A stretch of 15,072 bases of DNA from Myxococcales bacterium (GCA_038320275.1 JBBQEB010000093.1:1-15072), one strand, 5' to 3'; shown: positions 1 through 8,600, counted from the stretch's first letter. The notes: generated by a model from the sequence alone, not told the origin. Translations and numbers: made by a program.

Positions 1-2
1 GT

Positions 3-3000
3 GGGGACTGGCCGCGCGCGGGGCCCGGCCCGGGAGGGCTGCCGGAGGTGCCTACGCGCGCGCTGCCCTTTCCCGATGGCGCGCTCGTCCTGGAGGGGGA
101 GCCGGCCGTGGGCGACATCTACTATGCCGGCGCTGACGTCACGCTGGCCTCGGGCGGCGACTACCTGGTCGCGGTGGGAGGCTCCACCTCGCTCCGGGCC
201 TGGCTCGACGGGGCTCCCCTCGCCGAGCGCCGCGCCGCCACCGGCTTTCCGCCCGCGCTGCAGACTGTGCCTGCGCGCCTCGCGGCGGGCGTGCACCGGC
301 TGCTCGTGAAGCTCGGCCGTGGCGAGGCGAGCGGAGGACTCTCGGTGGCGTTCGCCCGCGCCGACGGCGCCCCCTCCGACGCGGCGTTCTCCACGCCTCC
401 CCCCGGCGGCGCCGGCGTCCCGGTGAGGCCCGGTTCGCTTCCCGGGACCGCGTCCAGCGCGCGGGCGCTGGCCGCCGCGCTGGAGAGGGAGCTCGGGCCC
501 GTGGTGGCGCGGTTCGTCGCCGCCCGGGATGCGCTCGACCTCGACCGCGAGGCTGCGAAGGAGCTGCTGGCCGAGGCGCTCGCGCGGGCGCCCCTCTCCG
601 CGCCGCTCCTCGCGCTCCGGGCCGAGGCCCGCCACGACGACCCCACGCTCGCGGAGCGGATGGCGCGCGCGAGCGCCGAGGCCGACCTCGACCGCGCGCT
701 CGCCGCCGACCCCGCCGACGCCGCGACGCTGCTCGCCCGCGCCGAGCTGGCGCGCGGCTCGGAGCGGCTCGACGACGCGGCTGCGGTCCTGGAGCGACTC
801 TCCCCGGCGGCCGCGGCGCAACCACGGGCGCTCGTGGCGCGGGCGCGGGTTGCGCAGGCGCGCGGGCTCCTGCCCGCCGCGGAGCGGCTCGCGGAGGACG
901 CCCGGCGCGCGGGCGGGACGTGCGCCGCGCTGGAGCTGCTGGGTGAGCTGGCGCGGCGGAGGGACGCGGTGGCGCGGGAGGAGGAGCTCGCCAGCGCGCT
1001 CGTCCGCTGCCCTGGCGGGAGGAGCCGGCTGGTCGAGCACAGGCGGCGGCGCGGTGACCTGGCCGGCGCGCTCGCGCTGGCGACCGACCTGGCCGACGCC
1101 TCACCCGCGCGGATCGCGCCGCGGCTCGCCGCCGCCTCCCTCCGCGCGGCCGCGGGCGACCCCGGCGGCGCCGCCCGCGACCTCTCCGCGCTGGCGAGAC
1201 TCTGGCCGCAGGAGCCGCGGATCGAGAAGCGGCGGGCGGAGCTCCTCGAGGCCGCAGGGGAGGCGAAGGCGGCCCGCGCCGCGCGGGAGCACGCGCTCCT
1301 CCTCGATGGCGCCGACCTTCCCCTCCGGCGAGCGCTCGCGCTGGAGGACGGGCGCGAGCCCCTCGACGACCTGGCCGAGGACGGCCCGAGCGCGATCGCC
1401 GCCTACCGCGCCGCCCGGCCCGGGCATCGGACCTCCAGCACGACCGTCCTCGATTTCGGCGCGGTGGAGCTGCACCCGGGAGGCACCCAGACCGAGCGCA
1501 TCCACGTCATCGTCGAGGCGCGGGATCAGGCAGCGGTCGATCGCGTGGGCGAGGTGGCGGTGCCGGAGGGGGCCGTGCTGCTCTCCGCGCGCACGCTCAA
1601 GCCCGACGGGCAGGTGCTGGAGCCGGAGTCGCCGGTGGGCGAGAAGCGCACGCTCTCGCTGCCGGGCCTGGAGCCGGGCGACCTGGCGGAGTGGGAATGG
1701 CTGCGGGGCGTCCCCTCCCGCGGCCCGGCGCTGCCGGGCTGGGCCACCGACCCGTTCTTCTTCCGGGCCGACACGCCGCTGTGGAGATCCACCTATGCGG
1801 TGCGCGCGTCGCCCGGGACGCGGCTGGAGGTGGACGCCCACCACATGGCCTCCCCGCCCGTGCGCCGAGAGGGCGATCGGGACGTGCTGCGCGTCCTGCG
1901 CCAGGACGTGCCGGCGCTCCTGGCCGAGCCCGGGGCGCCCTCCGAGCCGGAGCTCTTGCCGTTCGTGCAGGCGGGCGCCGGGGCAGGCTGGGACGCGCTC
2001 GCCCGCGGCCTCGCCGACGGGATGCTCGACGCCTTCCGGGCAAGCCTCGAGATCCGCGCGCTGGCGGGCGAGCTCGCCGCCTCGCTTCCGGCGCGGGAAC
2101 GCAGCCCGGAGAGGCTGGCGCGGGCCGTCTACCGCAAGGTGAACGAGCTCGTGCTGGGGCAGGGCGGCTCCTTCGGCGAGCCCGCCGGAGCCATCCTCTC
2201 GCGCGGGCGCGGCAGCCGGACCGTGCTCCTGCAATCCCTGCTCGGCGCGCTCGGGGTGCGCTCGCGGGTGGCGCTGGTGCGCCCATTCGGCAGCGACCCT
2301 GCGCCCTACCGCTTTCCGCGCCCGGAGCTCTTCTCGGCAGCGGTGGTGCGGGTGGAGACCGGGCAGGGGGAGCTCTGGCTCGACCCCACCATCCGCGGCA
2401 CCCCCTTCGGCGTCCTGCCGCCGGCTCTGCGCGGCGCGGAGGCGTGGGTGCTTCCGGCCCCCGGCGAGCAGGTGATCCAGGCGCGCACGCCCGACGGTGC
2501 GCCCGACGAGCGGCGCCGCACCCTCCTTCGGGTCGCGCTGGAGCCCTCCGGTGCGGCCACCGTGGACGGGGAGGAACGGTACGCCGGGTACGACGGCGCG
2601 GCCCTGCGCGCCTCCCTGGAACGGCTCGACGAGCCCGCCCGGCGCCAGGCGCTGGAGAGCGTCCTGGCGCGCTCGTTCCGGGGGCCACGGCTGCTCGCGC
2701 TGTCGGTGGAGGGGGAAGGCGACGTCACGGGGGACGCGCCGCTCGTCCTGCGCTGGCGGGCCCGCGTCGAGCGCTGGGCGAGGGTGGAAGGCTCCCGCGC
2801 CGTGGTGGAGGTCCCGCTCTTCCCGGCGCGGCTGCGCGCCCGCCATGCCGGGCGCGCGGTGCGGGAGCTGCCGCTCCTCGTGCCGGGCGACGAGCGCGCC
2901 GCCTTGACTCTCGCCGTGTCGCTGCCCCCTGGCTGGTCGGCCCTGCCGGCGGACGTCGCTCCCGTTGCGGGGCCTCATGGAAGCTACCGGCGCGTGGAGC

Positions 3001-3155
3001 GCGCCGAGCCGGGGCGCCTCCTGCGGGAGGACGCGCTGGAGCTTCTGCGCTGCAGGGTGGAGCCCGCGACCTACGGCGAGTTCGCCCGCTTCGCCGCTGC
3101 GGTCGATGCAGCGCAGGAGCGAGCGATGGAGTTCCGCCTGGCTGACCCTGGGTAG
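3..3155 (+). CDS. Large TPR-repeat protein with DUF3857 and transglutaminase-like (probably inactive) domains; 5'-truncated by the window edge
   Basis: The frame is open from position 3 (GDWPRAGPGPGGLPEVPTR...), so the GTG at 48 is probably internal. It has Ala/Leu/Arg-rich TPR-like helices, a DUF3857-like segment (TTVLDFGAVELHPGG...LSARTLKPDGQVLEP...LPGLEPGDLAEW) and a transglutaminase-like core (LLQSLLGALGVRSRVALV...WLDPT). TAG stop at 3153-3155. Confidence 0.85.
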   Translation, partial: GDWPRAGPGPGGLPEVPTRALPFPDGALVLEGEPAVGDIYYAGADVTLASGGDYLVAVGGSTSLRAWLDGAPLAERRAATGFPPALQTVPARLAAGVHRLLVKLGRGEASGGLSVAFARADGAPSDAAFSTPPPGGAGVPVRPGSLPGTASSARALAAALERELGPVVARFVAARDALDLDREAAKELLAEALARAPLSAPLLALRAEARHDDPTLAERMARASAEADLDRALAADPADAATLLARAELARGSERLDDAAAVLERLSPAAAAQPRALVARARVAQARGLLPAAERLAEDARRAGGTCAALELLGELARRRDAVAREEELASALVRCPGGRSRLVEHRRRRGDLAGALALATDLADASPARIAPRLAAASLRAAAGDPGGAARDLSALARLWPQEPRIEKRRAELLEAAGEAKAARAAREHALLLDGADLPLRRALALEDGREPLDDLAEDGPSAIAAYRAARPGHRTSSTTVLDFGAVELHPGGTQTERIHVIVEARDQAAVDRVGEVAVPEGAVLLSARTLKPDGQVLEPESPVGEKRTLSLPGLEPGDLAEWEWLRGVPSRGPALPGWATDPFFFRADTPLWRSTYAVRASPGTRLEVDAHHMASPPVRREGDRDVLRVLRQDVPALLAEPGAPSEPELLPFVQAGAGAGWDALARGLADGMLDAFRASLEIRALAGELAASLPARERSPERLARAVYRKVNELVLGQGGSFGEPAGAILSRGRGSRTVLLQSLLGALGVRSRVALVRPFGSDPAPYRFPRPELFSAAVVRVETGQGELWLDPTIRGTPFGVLPPALRGAEAWVLPAPGEQVIQARTPDGAPDERRRTLLRVALEPSGAATVDGEERYAGYDGAALRASLERLDEPARRQALESVLARSFRGPRLLALSVEGEGDVTGDAPLVLRWRARVERWARVEGSRAVVEVPLFPARLRARHAGRAVRELPLLVPGDERAALTLAVSLPPGWSALPADVAPVAGPHGSYRRVERAEPGRLLREDALELLRCRVEPATYGEFARFAAAVDAAQERAMEFRLADPG

Positions 3156-3238
3156 CCGACGACCCCCGGCCTGCGGCGCGCAAGCCCGCGCGATCACCGA
3201 TCGTGCGCACCGGCATCCCCGATGCTAGGGAACATGAT

Positions 3239-3358
3239 GTGCGCCTCGTTGCCTCCATCATCGAAACGCTTCGTCGTGTCGGCCGCGCGCTGCGGCCCGA
3301 GCCCGTCCTCGTTCCTGTCCCTGTACCCGTCGCCGTTCGTCCGAACCGCCGCCGCTAG
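3239..3358 (+). CDS. Putative 39-aa small protein with a Pro/Val-rich motif and basic tail (MRLVASIIETLRRVGRALRPEPVLVPVPVPVAVRPNRRR)
   Basis: Translated by hand. GTG at 3239 with AGGGA (3227-3231) 7 nt upstream, TAG at 3356-3358; an alternative in-frame GTG lies at 3203. It fills the gap between two convergent genes. Confidence 0.6.
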   Translation: MRLVASIIETLRRVGRALRPEPVLVPVPVPVAVRPNRRR

Positions 3359-3421
3359 ACTGCGGCGCGGGGGGTGAACCCGGAGGGTGTGGGCGCTGGG
3401 CGCGGGGCGCACTTCTGCCCG

Positions 3422-4558
3422 TCAGGGCAGGAGGCGCTCTACGACCGCGCTGTGCAGGTCCATCCCCCGGGAGGTGAGCACCAGCCGCTCGCCCGCCACC
3501 GCGGCGAGCCGGGCCTTCACGAGCGCTCTCACCTCGCCCTGGCGCTCGGGTGACACCGCCGAGAGCGAGAGCCCCTCTCGCGTCCGCAGGCCGAGCAAGA
3601 GCCGCTCCCGCGCGAGCTCCGGCGGCCCGAGCAGGTCCTCCTCCGCGACGGGCAACCCCCCCGCGTCGAGCGCCGCGAACCAGGCGGCGGGCGTGCGGTG
3701 GTTGCCCTGTCGCACGGCCTGCCCGGGGCCCTGGTGCAGGCACCCGAAAGCCCCCACCCCGATCCCCAGGTAGCTCTCGGAGGCCCAGTAGAGCCGGTTG
3801 TGCACCGACGCGAAGCCCGGGCGCGCGAAGTTCGAGATCTCGTACCGCCGGAACCCTGCCCGCCGCAGCACCGCTCTCGCTGCCCGCGCCTGATCCACCA
3901 CCTCCTCGTCCGGCGGGAGCGGCAGCCGGCCGGCGCCGCGCATGCGGGCGAAGGGCGTCTCCTCCCCCAGGCTCTCCGCGTCCACGGTGAGCGCGTAGGC
4001 CGAGACGTGCGTCACGGGAAGCGAGGCGATCCGCTCCGCGTCCCCCCGCGCGCTCGCCACGGTCGAGCGGCGGCCGCCCTGGATGAGATCGACCGCGACG
4101 TTCTCGACGCAGTCGGCGGCGGCCCGGATGGCGCGCTCGGAGGCCACCGGGCCGTGGCGGCGCCCCAGCTTCGCCAGCACGGCCGGGTCGAACGACTGCA
4201 CGCCGACCGAGAAGCGGTTCACGCCGGCCGCGGCATAGGCGCGAAGGCGCGCCAGCTCGGCGCCCTCGGGGTTCACCTCCAGCGTGATCTCGGCGCCCGG
4301 GGGCGGCGAGAAGCGAGCGCGGACCGCCTCCAGCACCTCCGCCACGCGGTCGGGATCCCAGAGCGAGGGCGTGCCTCCACCCAGATATACCGAGGCGCAG
4401 GCGAGGCCCTCGAAGGCGGGGGCGCGCAGCGCGAGCTCAACGAGGAGCGCGCGCGTCACCCGCGCCTGGGGGATCTCCCGCTCCACCGCTACCGCGAAGT
4501 CGCAATAGGGGCAGCGAGCGGCACAGTACGGAAAGTGAACGTACACCGCGAAGCGCAT
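3422..4558 (-). CDS. hemW: Radical SAM family heme chaperone HemW (HemN-like)
   Basis: YVHFPYCAARCPYCDF radical SAM motif at the very N-terminus, plus YLGGGTPS, EITLEVNP, YEISNFA and HNRLYW. It lacks the HemN N-terminal extension. Start set at the ATG at 4558 (378 aa). Confidence 0.92.
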   Translation of the reverse strand: MRFAVYVHFPYCAARCPYCDFAVAVEREIPQARVTRALLVELALRAPAFEGLACASVYLGGGTPSLWDPDRVAEVLEAVRARFSPPPGAEITLEVNPEGAELARLRAYAAAGVNRFSVGVQSFDPAVLAKLGRRHGPVASERAIRAAADCVENVAVDLIQGGRRSTVASARGDAERIASLPVTHVSAYALTVDAESLGEETPFARMRGAGRLPLPPDEEVVDQARAARAVLRRAGFRRYEISNFARPGFASVHNRLYWASESYLGIGVGAFGCLHQGPGQAVRQGNHRTPAAWFAALDAGGLPVAEEDLLGPPELARERLLLGLRTREGLSLSAVSPERQGEVRALVKARLAAVAGERLVLTSRGMDLHSAVVERLLP

Positions 4559-4615
4559 GCGCTCGAGGTGTAGCCGCGAGATGCGGAGGGCGCTCGCGGC
4601 GGCCCTCCCTCTCAC

Positions 4616-4789
4616 AGCGGAGCCCACTTGGTGTGAGCCCGTCGCGAGGCACACGATGCCGTCGACGAGCCGGGCACACGAGGAGGGAGCAGCGGAGGCG
4701 TACCTGGAAGGTACGTCGAGCAGCGTAGTCTGCCCGGCGCAGGCAGGCAGCGTGCGCCGCAGCAGGGATCATATCAAGTGGTCTCCGCT
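4616..4789. repeat. 174-nt imperfect palindrome (rod-like hairpin); candidate MITE/ERIC-like element or structured ncRNA
   Basis: Terminal arms AGCGGAGcCCACTTG / CAAGTGGtCTCCGCT (14 of 15 paired). Inner helices GGCACACG/CGTGCGCC, TGCC/GGCA and GCCGGGCA/TGCCCGGC, with an apical GGCGTACC-TGGAA-GGTACGTC hairpin. Confidence 0.8.
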
Positions 4790-4795
4790 ATCAGG

Positions 4796-7483
4796 TCAGG
4801 CCCGCTTGCCGGCCGCCTCCTTGTGGCGCTGGTGCGCGCGCGCGACCTCGCCGCTCAGGAACTCGTTCTCCCCGCGAGCCTCCTCCAGTTCCTCCCGCGC
4901 GCGAGCGAGCTGCGCCTCCGCCGCGGCGAGCCGCTCGCCGGCGTCCGCTCCGCCCGTCTTCTCCAGCTCGGCCAGCCGGCGGCGCGACTGCGCCTCGGCG
5001 ATCCCGCTCGCCTCCAGCCTGGCCTCCAGGTTCACCAGCGCAGCCTTCAGCCGCTGGACGTCGGAGCCGAGCCGCCCCGTCTCGGTGGAGCGTGCCCCCA
5101 GCTCCACCGCGGACTGCTCCTTCAGCCGCTCCCGCTCGGCGGTCGCCTGGTGAGCGAGCCGCGCCGAGGCCTCCGCCTGCTGGGTGCGCTGCTTCACGAG
5201 GTCCTGCGCGCGCGCGAGCTCGGTGCGCAGGCGCGGCACCTCCGCCGCCTGCCGCTCGACCGGTGCGAGGCGCTGCAGCTCGGCGCTCGCCGCCTCCAGC
5301 TTCGACCGGACCGCCGCGTGTGCGCGGCGCTCGTCCTCCAGTGCGTGCCCCAGCGCATCCCGCTCGGACCGGAGCGATCGGCCGAGCTCGTCGCGCTCCG
5401 CCTCGAGCCGTGCCTCGCGCGCCGCGGCGTCCGCCAGCTCGCCCGCGAGCCGCTCCGAGTCGCGCTCCAGCGCCTCTCCCCGCGCGCGCTCCTCCGCGAG
5501 GGCGCGCGTCTCCGCCTCCAGCGCCAGCCGTTCCTCCTCCAGCCGCGCGGCGCCCTCCTCCAGCGCTCCGCGGGCGCTCGCGAGCGACGCTTCCAGGCTG
5601 GCGCTGGTCGCCCGCTCGTCCGCCAGCACGACCTCCGTCACCCGCAGCGAGCCGTCCAGGGCGGTGGCGCGCTCGGCGTGCGCGAGCGCCTCGGCGCGCG
5701 CCTCCCGCAGGCTCTCCTCGACACCCTCGCGAGCGCCGCGCTCCGCCGCAACCTCCAGGTCGAGAGCGCCGGCGCGGCCTCGCGCCTCCGAGAGCTCCGT
5801 CTCGAGCGTCGCCGCGCGGGCGCGCTCCGCCTCCAGCTCGGCGCCGCGGGCCGCGAGCGCCAGCTCGGAGGAGGAGGCTTGCTCCGTGAGCTTTGCCTCG
5901 AGTCCCTCGCGCAGCGAGGCGCGCTCGCTCTCCGCCAGCTGGTGAGCCTCGGCGAGCTCCGCCTCGGCGAGGGCTGCCGCGTCCTGCTTCGCGCGAGCGG
6001 CCTCGGCCTGCTCGCTGGCGAGCTGCTCCTCGGCGCTCCGCCTCAGGCTGGCCAGGGCCTCTTCCGCCGCGGCGCGCTCCGCTTCGAGCGCAGAAGCCGC
6101 CTCCGCCTGCGCCGAGGCGAGGGCCGTCGCCCCTTCCGCCTGGGCGGCGGCGAGATCCGTGGCCCCGGCCTCGCGCGCCTCCGCGAGCGCCGTCGCGGCG
6201 GCCTCCCGTTCTCCGGCGAGCTCACGCTCGGATGCGGCGCGTGCCTCCTCCGCCCCGGCGACCGCGCGTGCGAGCTCCTCGCCCAGCCGCCCCACCTCGG
6301 CCCGGGCCGCCTCCAGCTCGGCGCACAGCGCGGCGATCCTCTCCTCCGACTCCGCGCGCTCGAGGCCCCGTTCCTCCGCGAGCCGCTGGAGGTCCGCGAG
6401 CGCCTCCTCACGCGCCGCGCGGCGCTCCGTCTCGAAGGCTTCCTGTGCCTCATCGAGCCGGGCCTGGGCGGCCAGGCTGGCTGCGAGCGCGGAGGTGCGC
6501 TCCGCCTCCAGGGCGGCGGCGGCCCCCGCGCGCTCCTCGGCCGAGGACTCCTCCAGCCGGGAGCGCAGCTCCTCGGCCACCGCCAGCCGCTCGGACCAGC
6601 TCGCCTCCGCGGTTTCGGACGCCTGCATCGTCTCGGAGAGCACGTCCGACAGGGACTGGCGCGTATCGTCCGACTCCGCCAGGCGCGTCTCCAGAACTTC
6701 CCGGGCCGAGGTGGCGTCCTCGCCGGCGCGCAGGGCGGCGGCACGCTCGGCGGCGAGCCTCTCCTCGAGCCCGCTGCGCAGCTCCTCCGCGCGCGCGAGC
6801 TCGCGCCGGAGCGCGGTGGCGGCCGACTCCAGCTCCTCGGCCTGGCGGCGGTCCTCGGAGAGCGCCTCCTTCACGCGGCCCAGGAACGTGTCGCGGGCGC
6901 GCAGCCTCTCCCGGAAGAACTCGAGCTTCTCCTCCGGCGTGCCCTTCGGCATCGGAGGATCGCGAGGCCAGTCGGCGAGGAGGTCCGTCCGTCGCACCGG
7001 CTCGGCGCCACGCTGCGCGGGCGCTTCGGGCGCGACGAGGCGGGGAGGAAGCGGCGGGGGCGCGGCGGCCGCGGAGGGGGAGCCGGCTTCCGGCTCGGAG
7101 GCGAGCTCGACGCTCCCTTCGCCCATCAGGGCAGCGGCCTGGGCCAGCAGCGCCGAGAGGTCGAACGGCTTCCTCAGATACTCGTCCGCGTGGGTGCGCG
7201 TCTGCCGGTGCGCCTCGATGGCGGCCTCGGAGGCGTCGGCGGTGTAGAGCACGAGCGGCAGCGAAGGCAGCGCCCGCTTCAGCCGGTTGCACACCGAGAA
7301 CCCGCTCATGTCGGGCAGCTCGGCGGCGAGCAGCACGAGGTCGGGGCGGGAGGTGCGGCAGCGCTCTACGCCGCGTTCCCCCCCCTCCACCGTGGTCACC
7401 TCGAACCCGGCGGGCTCGAAGGTTCGGCGGACCGACTCCGCCAGGTCGACATCGGCCTCGATGACGAGGAGCTCGCGTACCAT
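4796..7483 (-). CDS. AglZ/FrzS-like protein: N-terminal atypical (pseudo-)receiver domain, Pro-rich linker and long coiled coil
   Basis: MVRELLVIEAD...RPDLVLLAAELPDMSGFSVC...HRQTRTHADEYLRKPF has a receiver fold with Ala at the phospho-acceptor Asp position. It is followed by GTPEEKLEFFRERL and about 700 aa of A/E/R/L heptads. Start set at the ATG at 7483 (895 aa). Confidence 0.85.
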   Translation of the reverse strand: MVRELLVIEADVDLAESVRRTFEPAGFEVTTVEGGERGVERCRTSRPDLVLLAAELPDMSGFSVCNRLKRALPSLPLVLYTADASEAAIEAHRQTRTHADEYLRKPFDLSALLAQAAALMGEGSVELASEPEAGSPSAAAAPPPLPPRLVAPEAPAQRGAEPVRRTDLLADWPRDPPMPKGTPEEKLEFFRERLRARDTFLGRVKEALSEDRRQAEELESAATALRRELARAEELRSGLEERLAAERAAALRAGEDATSAREVLETRLAESDDTRQSLSDVLSETMQASETAEASWSERLAVAEELRSRLEESSAEERAGAAAALEAERTSALAASLAAQARLDEAQEAFETERRAAREEALADLQRLAEERGLERAESEERIAALCAELEAARAEVGRLGEELARAVAGAEEARAASERELAGEREAAATALAEAREAGATDLAAAQAEGATALASAQAEAASALEAERAAAEEALASLRRSAEEQLASEQAEAARAKQDAAALAEAELAEAHQLAESERASLREGLEAKLTEQASSSELALAARGAELEAERARAATLETELSEARGRAGALDLEVAAERGAREGVEESLREARAEALAHAERATALDGSLRVTEVVLADERATSASLEASLASARGALEEGAARLEEERLALEAETRALAEERARGEALERDSERLAGELADAAAREARLEAERDELGRSLRSERDALGHALEDERRAHAAVRSKLEAASAELQRLAPVERQAAEVPRLRTELARAQDLVKQRTQQAEASARLAHQATAERERLKEQSAVELGARSTETGRLGSDVQRLKAALVNLEARLEASGIAEAQSRRRLAELEKTGGADAGERLAAAEAQLARAREELEEARGENEFLSGEVARAHQRHKEAAGKRA

Positions 7484-7733
7484 GTTGAAGCGACGGTAGC
7501 GCGACCCGAGCGCGCCGCGATACGTGGGAGCGCTGCGCCCCAGGGATGCGGAGGTGGTCTGCCCGGAGGCGCCGCCCCACACGCGAGGTGCCAGACCTTC
7601 CTCGCGGGCGAGGAGCTTTCCGCGGGCGCGGGGCCAGGTTCGCCCCACGGCCCGCGAAGGGCCGCCGGCCTGCCACGGTCCGGTCAACGGCCCATCCGAA
7701 GCGCGAGGCGCCGCCGCGGATTACTTCCGCCCC

Positions 7734-8600
7734 GTGCCGAGCTTCTCCCTCACTGCCGAGGTCTCCGAGGAGAGCGCCGACGAGCTCGCGGCGCTGCTGG
7801 TGGAGCGCGGCGCGGGAGGGGCGGAGGTGCAGGGCGGCGAGGTCGCGCCCATGCCCGGCGCGGCCCCGCTGGCCCCCGGTCGCGCGCGGGTGGTCGCCTG
7901 GTTCGGCGAACGCGCAGCCGCGAAGGAGGCCGCGCTCGCCCTGGACATCGACGGGGAGGTGCGAGAGGTCGCCGACGAGGACTGGGGCGAGCGCTGGAAG
8001 GCGGGCCTCGCGCCCTTCACCGTGGGGAGGGTGCATATCCGCCCCACCTGGACCGAGGGGGCGGTGCCGGCCGGCGCGGTGGAGGTGGTGCTCGATCCAG
8101 GCATGGCCTTCGGAACCGGCACACACCCCACCACCTCCCTCTGCCTCGCAGCCCTGCAGACCCTGCTCGCGGCCGCGCCCGGAGCGGAGGTGCTCGACGT
8201 GGGCACCGGCTCGGGGCTGCTCGCCATCGCCGCGGCCAAGCTCGGCGCGCGGAGGGTGGTCGGCACCGACATCGACCCGGTGGCGCTGCGCGTGGCGGAG
8301 GAGAACGCGGAGCGCAACGGGGTGGAGCTGGAGCTCCTCCTCGCTCCGCCAGGCGAGGTGGAGGGACACTTCGGCATCGCCGTGGCCAACATCCTCGCGA
8401 ACACGCTGCTGGAGCTCGCGCCGGAGCTGGCCGCCCGCGTGGCGCCAGGAGGAGCGCTCCTCCTCAGCGGCCTGCTGGCGGGCCAGGAGGACGAGGTGCG
8501 CGGAGCGTACGCGGCGCGCGGCCTGCGGCCCGACCCCGCGCTCGACGCCTCCGATCGCGAGTGGAGGCTGGTCGGGTTGCGCGCCCCGGACCGGCCGTGA
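7734..8600 (+). CDS. prmA: 50S ribosomal protein L11 methyltransferase
   Basis: DEDWGERWK, LDPGMAFGTGTHPTT, VLDVGTGSGLLAIAA, DIDPVA, VANILAN and LLLSGLL motifs. The start is probably the GTG at 7734 (288 aa). Confidence 0.95.
   Translation: MPSFSLTAEVSEESADELAALLVERGAGGAEVQGGEVAPMPGAAPLAPGRARVVAWFGERAAAKEAALALDIDGEVREVADEDWGERWKAGLAPFTVGRVHIRPTWTEGAVPAGAVEVVLDPGMAFGTGTHPTTSLCLAALQTLLAAAPGAEVLDVGTGSGLLAIAAAKLGARRVVGTDIDPVALRVAEENAERNGVELELLLAPPGEVEGHFGIAVANILANTLLELAPELAARVAPGGALLLSGLLAGQEDEVRGAYAARGLRPDPALDASDREWRLVGLRAPDRP

Noticed and set aside
3194..3412. 72-aa minus-strand ORF in the convergent gap
   Set aside because: No RBS or motif. The + strand 39-aa ORF explains the region better.
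3422..4654. HemN coproporphyrinogen dehydrogenase with the longer start at 4654
   Set aside because: The extension is non-homologous and runs into the palindrome. The motifs (HxPxC start, HNxxYW) fit HemW.
4616..4789. SRP RNA, 6S RNA or retron msr/msd as the identity of the palindrome
   Set aside because: GGAA and GCAGC are present but not the SRP CAGG..GGAA..AGCAG geometry. The large bubble is near the apex rather than central and the usual 6S neighbours (zapA, ygfA) are absent. No reverse transcriptase gene is in the window. 6S is not formally excluded without Rfam.
7600..7656. Hairpins in the divergent aglZ-like/prmA intergenic region (e.g., 7621-7656)
   Set aside because: Almost pure G/C stems are expected by chance at this composition. 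There is no T-tract or recognisable riboswitch motif.
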